A DNA stretch of 17,626 bases, taken from contig JAYVCD010000015.1 in assembly GCA_043750125.1 (NCBI GenBank), positions 1 through 17,626 on the forward strand. Direction: 5' to 3'. The stretch's first letter is position 1. Each line of letters opens with the position of its first letter. The DNA is from Archangiaceae bacterium. GTDB lineage: Bacteria > Myxococcota > Myxococcia > Myxococcales > Myxococcaceae. The notes beneath the pieces are model-generated. The model did no database searches. It saw nothing but the letters and a program-made list of their open reading frames with translations, and had not been told where the DNA came from. Position numbers and translations under genes: made by a program. Below, piece after piece: positions 1 to 9,527 of the stretch.

Positions 1-79
1 TGCTGCGGTTCTCGGCGTCCCATCGACATCTTCTCGACCTACCGCCTCTCCATCGATCCGTCGATCCCCCTCGGGCGAT

Positions 80-98
80 TACTTCAACGGGCTGCTAG
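80..98 (+). mobile_element. Possible terminal inverted repeat (right end) of an IS5/IS1182-like element
   Basis: TACTTCAACGGGCTGCTAG resembles, from recall, the TTCAACGG(G/C)CTGCTAG ends with CTAG target of IS5/IS1182-type elements. Neither transposase nor the other end is in the window. Confidence 0.3.
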
Positions 99-108
99 CT
101 TCGAGCCG

Positions 109-819
109 TCACTGACGAGGCAGCAGGCCCTTCTCGGCCAGCAGCTCTTGAACAGCTCTCAAGATGGTGGCGGTCTTCGCCTGGTTCGCGCGCGCCGACT
201 CGAGCTTGGCCAGCTCTTGCTGGGTGAATGCGCTGCCGGCCGATTTGCGCAGCGACTCGGGGGTGAAGGACCGCGGCTTGGGCGCCGGGGCCATGTCCAC
301 TTCGAACTTGATGTCGTCGTTGGTCGACAGCTCGCGGGTGACGGCCTTGCGCGCACGGTTGCTGATGATCTTCGGCTCCTGCCCGCGGTAGTGCCGCATG
401 ATCGCGTGCCGAATCGACGTCTCGCTGGCGAGCAGCGGTTGAATCCGCGTTCCACTGCGTGCCTTCGCCGCGTCGATGACGTCGAGCTCGGACGGGTCGA
501 CCATCGCCAGCGACATCACCCGTTCTTTGAGCGCTACGGGAAACACCGCCTGCTCGTCGCAGAACTTCACGTCGAGCCGGGCGAGCGCCTGGTTGTCTTT
601 GATCACGGTTCCCAGATGGGTGACCGGGTGGCCGAGCGCTTTGCCAATCGCGGCGGTGATTTCTTCCTCGTCTGCAAAGCCCAGGTCGGCGAGCACCTTG
701 GGAAGTCGGCCCCCCCAGCTGCCCAGCTTGGCCATCGCGCTGCGCAACTGGAGCTCATCGATCAGCTGGGCCTTGAGAAGGATCTTGGCCAGCCGCTCTG
801 TATCCCTGGGTGACGTCAT
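109..819 (-). CDS. Stand-alone MshEN / GspE-PilB N-terminal (T2SSE_N) domain protein, no ATPase domain
   Basis: Two MshEN-like repeats (RLAKILLKAQLIDELQLRSAM; RLPKVLADLGFADEEEITAAI), then the T2SSE_N core (VFPVAL..LAMVDPSELDVID..IQPLLASETSIRHAIMRHY). No Walker A. ATG 819 chosen because TAGAGT lies 8 nt upstream (track start 837). Confidence 0.8.
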   Translation of the reverse strand: MTSPRDTERLAKILLKAQLIDELQLRSAMAKLGSWGGRLPKVLADLGFADEEEITAAIGKALGHPVTHLGTVIKDNQALARLDVKFCDEQAVFPVALKERVMSLAMVDPSELDVIDAAKARSGTRIQPLLASETSIRHAIMRHYRGQEPKIISNRARKAVTRELSTNDDIKFEVDMAPAPKPRSFTPESLRKSAGSAFTQQELAKLESARANQAKTATILRAVQELLAEKGLLPRQ

Positions 820-827
820 GTGGCCGG

Positions 828-849
828 ACTCTACCAACAGGTCTAGGGT
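828..849. promoter_or_regulatory. Divergent -10-like boxes
   Basis: Minus strand TGG-TAGAGT (833-828) 8 nt before ATG 819; plus strand TAGGGT (844-849) followed by AAGGGG before ATG 874. Confidence 0.4.
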
Positions 850-873
850 GCACCTCCAAGGGGCTCCCCACTG

Positions 874-2466
874 ATGATTCGTTCACTTCTCGTCGCGTCT
901 TCGTTGGTGTTGCTCTTTGCCGGCTGCAAGTGCGGGCTCGCGCCCGTCAATGACTGCAACGGAAAGCCCTGTACCGACGGAGGATCTGGCGGCGGAGGCG
1001 GTGGCTCGGCAGTCGGGGGCGGGGACGGGGCCGGAGGAGGCGCCGGGGTCGGAGGAGGCGAAGGGGGCGGGATGGGCGTCGGGGGTGGCGGCGAGACGGA
1101 CGGCGGCGTCGGCGGTGGTGCGGCGGGCGGGGTGGGCGGCGGCAGCGGAGTCGGCGGCGGCACCGGCGGCTCCGGCGGGACGGGAGGCACAGGCGGCACC
1201 GGCGGAGGACTCGGCCTCGACGGCGGAGTCAACCCGTCCACCGTCTGTCTCGACGCCGCGAAGCGCAAATGCGACTTCTACATTCGCTGCCGCACCGACG
1301 TGAACGATGCCCAGGGTCGTGGCAACGCGGCAGTGGCCGCAGGCGAGCGGGGCAAGTGCGAGGCCCTCTTCGCGAACGATCGCGCGTGCACCATCGGCGC
1401 TGCCGGCTGGGCGAGCGGCCGGGCGACTGTGGACCTGACGAAGTACGGGGCGTGCCTCGACGCCACCTATCCGTCGAACAGCTGCTCTCGCGACCTGAAC
1501 GACGCGAGCAAGAAGTGCGCGACCACCGCCTTCGTCACCGCGGCGACCGCGGTCGGCGGCAACTGCACCAGCGACAGTGAATGCGTCAACGGTTGGTGCA
1601 GCATCGCCAACAACGCTCTGTGCGGCACGTGCCAGGCGCAATTCAACGCCGACGGTGGAGTCGCCAACTGCGACCGCGATTCGCAGTGCGTCGCGTCCCG
1701 CAGCTACTGCCTCGGCGCCGACGGGCAGATGGCCAACCAGCCGTGCCAGGCGTTCACCGCGATCGACGCGGGCTGCATTTTCGTTTCTCCCAACCAGGAA
1801 CAGTGCGGGCCGGGCAACGTCTGCGCTTCCACCGCCGCGTTCGGCCAGAACCCGAAGTGCCTTCCGGGAAAACTCGAGGCCGCCTCCTGCATCAAAGGCC
1901 GCCAGGAATGCCTTCGCTCCGGAAGGGGCAAGTTCGAGCTGACCTGCGCCACCGACGTCCAGGGCTTCGACACCTGCCAGAAGCAATACAACACCGTCGC
2001 CGGTGGACGCTGCGGCACCGGGGAGACCGTGCCTTCGAGCAACGCTTCGGAAGGCACCTTCTGTCTCGAGACCGAGTTTTGCGCGACCGGCGTTTGCGCC
2101 AATCGCCGCGCCGCCGCAGCGCCGTGCACCGCGACCGACCAGTGTCAGGCCGGGCTGCGCTGCAACGGGACCGTCTGCGTTCCGTTCACCGACGTAGATG
2201 GGGGCTGCAGCAACTCGTTCTTCTGCAAGAACATGCTCAATTGCAACCCGGCCACCAACGCTTGCGAGCCGGGCTTCTCACTGGACGGCGGAGCCTGCTC
2301 GGGCGGCCAGAACGGAACCCTGTGCGCGGAAGGCTTCTGCGGCCAGGGAGCGGTCACCACCTGCAGCCCGCTGTTGGCCAACGGTCAGCCCTGCAATCAG
2401 TTCTCGCAGTGCCAGAGCTACGCGTGCGTCGGCAACGTCTGCGCGATGGCCTGCTGGAAGCCGTAG
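874..2466 (+). CDS. Cys-rich lipoprotein with Gly-rich linker and tandem 4-Cys modules
   Basis: Signal peptide with lipobox LFAG-C18; about 80-aa Gly-rich tract; 50 Cys by my count, mostly in C-x5-C-x4/6-C-xn-C units; GC3-rich codons. Confidence 0.85.
   Translation: MIRSLLVASSLVLLFAGCKCGLAPVNDCNGKPCTDGGSGGGGGGSAVGGGDGAGGGAGVGGGEGGGMGVGGGGETDGGVGGGAAGGVGGGSGVGGGTGGSGGTGGTGGTGGGLGLDGGVNPSTVCLDAAKRKCDFYIRCRTDVNDAQGRGNAAVAAGERGKCEALFANDRACTIGAAGWASGRATVDLTKYGACLDATYPSNSCSRDLNDASKKCATTAFVTAATAVGGNCTSDSECVNGWCSIANNALCGTCQAQFNADGGVANCDRDSQCVASRSYCLGADGQMANQPCQAFTAIDAGCIFVSPNQEQCGPGNVCASTAAFGQNPKCLPGKLEAASCIKGRQECLRSGRGKFELTCATDVQGFDTCQKQYNTVAGGRCGTGETVPSSNASEGTFCLETEFCATGVCANRRAAAAPCTATDQCQAGLRCNGTVCVPFTDVDGGCSNSFFCKNMLNCNPATNACEPGFSLDGGACSGGQNGTLCAEGFCGQGAVTTCSPLLANGQPCNQFSQCQSYACVGNVCAMACWKP
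976..1227 (+). repeat. Low-complexity GGC/GGA/GGG tract encoding a poly-Gly linker
   Basis: Translates DGGSGGGGGGSAVGGGDGAGGG...GGTGGTGGTGGG. Confidence 0.8.
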
Positions 2467-2472
2467 CGACGT

Positions 2473-3002
2473 TCAGGCGTTGCGCATCGCGTCCAGGGCC
2501 TGCTGCCAACGGCCCTGGGCTTTGAGCACCCGTTCGACGAAGTCACGCACGGCGCCGTGACCGCCGTCGTGCTTGCTGACGAAATCGGCTTGCGCGCGCA
2601 CTTCGATTGCCGCGTCGGCGGGGCAAGCGCTCAGGCCGGCCAGTTCCATCGGCGGAAGGTCGTTGGTGTCATCGCCCATGTAGGCGCAGTCGGAAGGCAA
2701 AAAGCCCAGCGACGTGCACAGCGTCTGCAACCCGGGCGCTTTGTACTTCTGTCCCTGAAGCACCGCGGCGAGCTTCAGCTCTTCGCCTCGAATCGCGACA
2801 ATTCGCGAAGTGCGCGCGGTCAGCACCGCCGACGGAAGTCCGGTCAGTCGGGCCATCACCAGCGCGTGACCGTCTTTGACGTTGAAGCGCTTGAACGCCT
2901 CGCCTTCGGGCCCGTAATACAGGCCGCCGTCGGTGAGCACTCCGTCCACGTCGAACACCAGCACCTTGACTCGCTTCGCGGCTTTGTTGAACGCGGCGGG
3001 CG

Positions 3003-3006
<4 letters not shown>
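2473..3006 (-). CDS. kdsC: Kdo 8-phosphate phosphatase (HAD family)
   Basis: FDVDGVLTDG, FNVKDG, YMGDDTNDL and GGHGAVRDFVE motifs. ATG 3006 overlaps the kdsA stop (ATGA). The track ORF to 3708 is over-extended. Confidence 0.93.
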
Positions 3007-5485
<2,479 letters not shown>

Positions 5486-5495
5486 TTACGTCGGG

Positions 5496-5520
5496 CCGAA
5501 TGTTCGCAGCGAATTCAGCC
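5496..5520 (-). terminator. Imperfect hairpin right after the ppa stop
   Basis: Minus strand GCTGAAT-TCGC-T-GCGA-AC-ATTCGGC; no U-tract. Confidence 0.25.
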
Positions 5521-5521
5521 T

Positions 5522-6127
5522 TCAGGGGAACTTCGCCCGGTAGTCCTCGAGGCTGCAGCGAATGACTTCGAGCGCCTCTTCCCGGCCGTACACTTCGGGA
5601 ATCTCGGTCGCAGGCTCCGTCATGTCAGGCGATTGTTTGTAGGTGAGGAAGTAGTGACGCAGGCGGTCCACCAGCGCCGTCGGTGCATCGAGGATGTCTT
5701 TGTAGGCCCCGTAGACGTTGTCGTTCTTCAGCACCGCTACGATCTTGTCGTCCGCTTCCATTCCATCGAGCATCCGCAGCCCGCCAATCGGCACCGCGGG
5801 GACGAGCAGGTTCCCGTGGGTAATCGGCTTCTCGGTCAAGACGCAGACGTCGAGCGGGTCCGAGTCGCCCTTGATTCCCGGACGCTTGAGTCGATCTGCG
5901 CAGCGCTTGGCCACCCGTTCGCCGCAGTAGGTGCGGGGAATGAAGCCGTAGAGCGTCGGCGGCACGCTCGAAAATTTCTGGGGTCGGTCGACGCGCAGCA
6001 GGCCGGACTCTTTGTCGAGCTCGTATTTCACCGCGTCGGTGGGGACCATCTCGATGTAGCAGATGAAGACTTCCGGACCGCCGGGGAGGATGCCGTGCCA
6101 GGGGTGGGCAGTGAACGGTTGATTCAT
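5522..6127 (-). CDS. ppa: Family I inorganic pyrophosphatase
   Basis: HPWH, KYELDK, YGFIPRTY, DSDPLDV signature, EADDKIVAV, YFLTYK. ATG 6127 (MNQPFTAHPWHG). Confidence 0.95.
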   Translation of the reverse strand: MNQPFTAHPWHGILPGGPEVFICYIEMVPTDAVKYELDKESGLLRVDRPQKFSSVPPTLYGFIPRTYCGERVAKRCADRLKRPGIKGDSDPLDVCVLTEKPITHGNLLVPAVPIGGLRMLDGMEADDKIVAVLKNDNVYGAYKDILDAPTALVDRLRHYFLTYKQSPDMTEPATEIPEVYGREEALEVIRCSLEDYRAKFP

Positions 6128-6153
6128 GGCCGCGCAGGCTAGACCACCGCGGC

Positions 6154-6912
6154 TCAGCTTTTGGTGGGGAAGGCCGCGAGCAGCGTTCGCAGCGCGGCCT
6201 CGGCCCGGGGCACGTCGGCGGGGCTGTCGACCGCCTGCCCCCGGTGACGCGTCTCGCAACACAAAATCCGGATTCCATTTCCGAGCGCGCGCAGCTGCTC
6301 GAGCCGTTCGGTGTTCTCGAGCGCGGTCGGGGGCAGCGCCGCCAATCGCAACAGCGTCGCGCGCCGGTAGCCGTAGATTCCCAGGTGGGCCCAGCGCACC
6401 GCGGGCTCGTTGGGCTCGCGCGCAAAGGGAACATCGCCCCGCGAGAAATACAGCGCGTGCCCGGACTCGTCTCGCACCACTTTCACCACGTTGGGTTGGG
6501 TCCGCTCGGCCTCGTCCAGCGGCCGCACCAGCGTCGCCATCTGCACCTGGGGGTCGGAAAAAGCGCGTCCTAGAATCTGCAGCGCCTCGGGGTGAATCGC
6601 CGGCTCGTCGCCCTGCACGTTGACGAACACATCGTCGTTCCCGCCGGGGCGTCGGCGAGCGATTTCCGCCACCCGGTCGGTGCCCGAAGGGTGCGCGGCC
6701 GAGGTGAGCTCGACGGTTCCATTGAAATGCTTCACTGCGTCGACGATGCGCGCGTCATCGGTGGCGATCACGACTTCGTCGAAGGTGCGCGCCTGCAGAC
6801 ACCTTTCCCACACGTGCTGAATCATCGGCTTGCCGTTGATCAACGCCAGCGGCTTTCCCGGAAAGCGCGACGCCGCGTGGCGCGCGGGGATGACGGCGAT
6901 CAAGGCAGACAT
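6154..6912 (-). CDS. kdsB: CMP-Kdo synthetase
   Basis: IPARHAASRFPGKPL, SGTDR, VNVQGDEP, VVKVV, ALYFSR, HLGIYGY, LENTERLEQLRAL. Confidence 0.97.
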   Translation of the reverse strand: MSALIAVIPARHAASRFPGKPLALINGKPMIQHVWERCLQARTFDEVVIATDDARIVDAVKHFNGTVELTSAAHPSGTDRVAEIARRRPGGNDDVFVNVQGDEPAIHPEALQILGRAFSDPQVQMATLVRPLDEAERTQPNVVKVVRDESGHALYFSRGDVPFAREPNEPAVRWAHLGIYGYRRATLLRLAALPPTALENTERLEQLRALGNGIRILCCETRHRGQAVDSPADVPRAEAALRTLLAAFPTKS

Positions 6913-6941
6913 GGCGCCACTCTTAGCGCGCCCGCTGCGAC

Positions 6942-8181
6942 TTACGCAGAAGCCTGAGGCCGCCGGCCGCCGTTCCTGCGCCGCCCTGCGAACCAGAGCG
7001 CGAGAGCGGGCAGCAACAGCCCCGGAGCACTCGAGTAACCGTGGGGCAAAGGCTTCGAGGTCCCGCCATCACCCGGTTCAGGCGTGCCGGAGTCTTCCGT
7101 GCCCGCGTCGTCCACCCCGGCGTCCACCACCGGCTCAGTTCCGCCGTCGGCCTCGACCATTCCGCCGTCCGCAAGTTGGCAGGCATCGCCGATTCCGTCG
7201 CCGTCGTGGTCCAGGTCCTGCTGATCAGGGTTTGCGACCGTCGGGCAATTGTCGACTGTGTCGAGGATCCCGTCGTGATCCCCGTCGGTCGTGATCGGCG
7301 CGCGCACCAGGCCGATGTTCCCCAAGGCGGTCTGACCGGCGACGACGCTGCGGGTGATGGTCTGAGTGATGAACCCCACTTTGGAGGCAGTGATCGTGTA
7401 GGTCGCGGCCGGGACGTTGAACTCGTAGAGCCCCGCGGCGTCGCTCACGTCGGTGCCCTCGTAGATGATCCCACGCAGCACTCCGAAGTTCGTCGACACG
7501 GGGGCCATCACGGCCAGGTGGTTGGCGACGACGCGCTCGGAGCCGTCCGAGGGGTTGTTCACCACGCCCAGCTTGTCGATGTACATCGAGGTGGATCCTC
7601 CTCCGTCGAGGCTGAGCGCGGTGTACGCCCCGACGCTCAGCATCAAGCTGCCCAGCTCGTTGCAGGTCATACCGATGCTGGCGGTGCTGCGGCCGTCGAC
7701 CACGGCGATGTACAGCGTCCGCTTGTCCTGCGAGAGGCCCACCGCCGTGCGCGGGTTTCGCACCGTGCAGTGGGTGCCGTAGCCGGCGTTGTTGATCACC
7801 GCCCCACTGGCGACGATTCCCGGGCGCCCACCGATCGAGCCCTTCATCCACGTGGCATCGAACGGAACGATGGGGGCGGGCTGGTAGATTTCCACCCGGT
7901 TCGTGGGGGTTCCGAAAGCGAGGTTCCCGTACCGGGTGTTGTCCACGCTCGCGGGCCAGACGGCGCCGACTCCGACCGCCAAGCCTTGCGTGTGGTAGTC
8001 GGTATAGAAGAAGAAATAGCCGTTGATGGCCGCTTTGGCTCCCACCAGCTTGGCGTAGCTGGACGGGGTGCGCTGCCGCTGCGCCGACGTGGTCGCGATC
8101 AGCGAGACGCCGGGGGTATTGAGGTCGACCACCAGCACGTGTCGGCCCTCGCGCAGTATTGCTCAGCACGTGGATGGCCAA
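6942..8181 (-). pseudogene. Degenerate phosphodiester glycosidase (NAGPA/DUF2233-like) surface protein with carboxypeptidase-regulatory-like domain, TSP3-like repeat and MYXO-CTERM-like tail
   Basis: Motifs AAING.FF, NPRTAVG, VVDGR, LDGGGST, ERVVANHL; DGDHDGILDTVDNCPTVANPDQQD; hydrophobic plus RRR tail. The open frame 6942-8138 lacks a signal peptide, the 5' end is frame-broken and several consensus residues look altered. Family call is firmer than the pseudogene call. Confidence 0.6.
8133..8172. repeat. 9-bp direct repeat CAGCACGTG (8133-8141, 8164-8172) around 22 bp
   Basis: Read directly; both copies encode HVL on the minus strand, in different frames. Confidence 0.7.
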
Positions 8182-8205
8182 CCTCGAACTTGCGAGCCCT
8201 TGCGG

Positions 8206-8221
8206 TGGCGCAAGAGTTGCG
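8206..8221 (+). promoter_or_regulatory. Putative sigma54 (-24/-12) promoter
   Basis: TGGCGC-AAGAG-TTGCG vs consensus TGGCAC-N5-TTGC(A/T); exact GG-N10-GC spacing; 14 nt between GC and ATG 8235. Confidence 0.55.
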
Positions 8222-8234
8222 AACTGGCGCGCCC

Positions 8235-8738
8235 ATGAAGACTTTCATCAGAAATCTGACGCTGGCTTTTTGGGTCGTCTGGCTGGTGCCTGCCTGTGCA
8301 CCCAAACAGGTCGGCGAGTGTCTGGGTGTGGCTGTCGGCGGTGCGTTGAGCCGGCTGGTGGGCCTGGCACTCTATGAAGGAGCGCACCCGCTCGACAGGC
8401 CCGACGAGGTCCGAGCTACCGGGGGACTCTGGGTCGGAGGTGCGCACGAAGGCGGGCGGCTGGTCCTCACCTTTGATGGTCCTCCAGTGAGCGGCGAGCT
8501 GCCGCGCAACCTTGGCGACGGCGGCTGCGAGAGCGTCGGCGACTTCGCTTTCCTCTTCCACTCGGGCCCGGACGCCGGCAGCAGCGAACTGCTCACTGCG
8601 ACGCTGGTCGTCACCCAAACGGCGCGCACGGATGCAGGGGTTCCGACCCTATTTCGCCTGACAGGGATTGCCGCCCGGCTGGAGGATGGAGGGACGCGTG
8701 CGGTCTCGAATCGGGACCTCAATCTCGTACTGCCCTGA
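8235..8738 (+). CDS. Hypothetical lipoprotein (167 aa)
   Basis: MKTFIRNLTLAFWVVWLVPA-C signal and lipobox; four D[AG]G motifs. It is the 3' part of track ORF 7041..8738. Confidence 0.65.
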   Translation: MKTFIRNLTLAFWVVWLVPACAPKQVGECLGVAVGGALSRLVGLALYEGAHPLDRPDEVRATGGLWVGGAHEGGRLVLTFDGPPVSGELPRNLGDGGCESVGDFAFLFHSGPDAGSSELLTATLVVTQTARTDAGVPTLFRLTGIAARLEDGGTRAVSNRDLNLVLP

Positions 8739-8788
8739 AACCTTGGGTCGCGCGCCGAGGACGTGGGCGAGCCTGAACGAATGTCGCA

Positions 8789-8935
8789 ACGAAACGTCTT
8801 CTTCCCGCGCTCGAGCTCCCACGCCCACGGGTCGCCGCTCGCTGAAACCCTCATGCAGAGGCAGTCATGCTTGAGCAGGTCTGCGGGCTTCAGGGGCTCG
8901 CCGCTGCGGTTGAGGTACGCCGGGGCTGCGACCAG
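8789..8935 (-). pseudogene. Internal fragment of a CrgA-like LysR regulator substrate-binding domain
   Basis: Hand translation LVAAPAYLNRSGEPLKPADLLKHDCLCMRVSASGDPWAWELERGKKTFR matches the A(S/A)PxYL-x3-G-x-P-x2-P-x-DL-x2-HxC pattern. No HTH and no start before it. Confidence 0.7.
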
Positions 8936-8947
8936 CCGACGCCTTCG

Positions 8948-9523
8948 CTAATGAATCGCGGCGCGAATCGGCAGCTCAGCCACGATGCGCGCTTCGATCG
9001 CCAGCAGCTCGTCCAGCCGCGCCGCGCCGGCAGGTCCTGCCTCGAGCCCCTGCGCCAGCCGGACGAAGAGCTCTTGATGGCCGTCTTCCGACTGCGCCAG
9101 CTCGGCATACAGCCGCCGCAGCTCGGGGTCTTCGAGCCCGTCGGCCAACAGCTGCAGCCGTTCGTGGCTGCGCGCTTCGATGATCGCCGCGATCAGCAAC
9201 CGGTCGAGCCGCCTTTCGTGCGGAGGGTTGCGCAGCAACTTCTGCAGCGCCTTCGCGTACGGGTCTCCACTGTCGAAGGTCAACCGCAGCCCGCGCACTT
9301 CCATCACCGCCAACACCCGGGCCAGGTGCCCGCTCTCTTCACGTGCCAGCCTCGCCATCAGCGCCGGCAGCCCCGGAATGTCCGGGTAGGCCTGCAGCAA
9401 CGAGAGCGCGTTCGCCGCCGCCTTCTTCTCGCAGTGGGCGTGGTCGATCAGCACCGCGTCGAAGTGGGCGAGCGCCAGCGGCAGCCACGCCTGGTCGGTG
9501 GCGGAATGAAGCTTCAGCTTCAC
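8948..9523 (-). CDS. miaE: tRNA-(ms2io6A37) hydroxylase, ferritin-like diiron enzyme
   Basis: IDHAHCEKKAA, LAREESGH, IIEARSHER, SEDGH. Confidence 0.92.
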   Translation of the reverse strand: MKLKLHSATDQAWLPLALAHFDAVLIDHAHCEKKAAANALSLLQAYPDIPGLPALMARLAREESGHLARVLAVMEVRGLRLTFDSGDPYAKALQKLLRNPPHERRLDRLLIAAIIEARSHERLQLLADGLEDPELRRLYAELAQSEDGHQELFVRLAQGLEAGPAGAARLDELLAIEARIVAELPIRAAIH

Positions 9524-9527
9524 CCGA

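Noticed and set aside
843..1268. Pro-rich minus-strand ORF
   Set aside because: Mirror of the poly-Gly tract on the plus strand.
7041..8234. 5' part of the 565-aa plus-strand ORF
   Set aside because: Antisense to the glycosidase gene; only the part from ATG 8235 has a signal peptide and promoter.
8372..8854. 160-aa minus-strand ORF as an intact gene
   Set aside because: Only the first 22 or so codons belong to the LysR remnant; the rest is mostly antisense to the lipoprotein.
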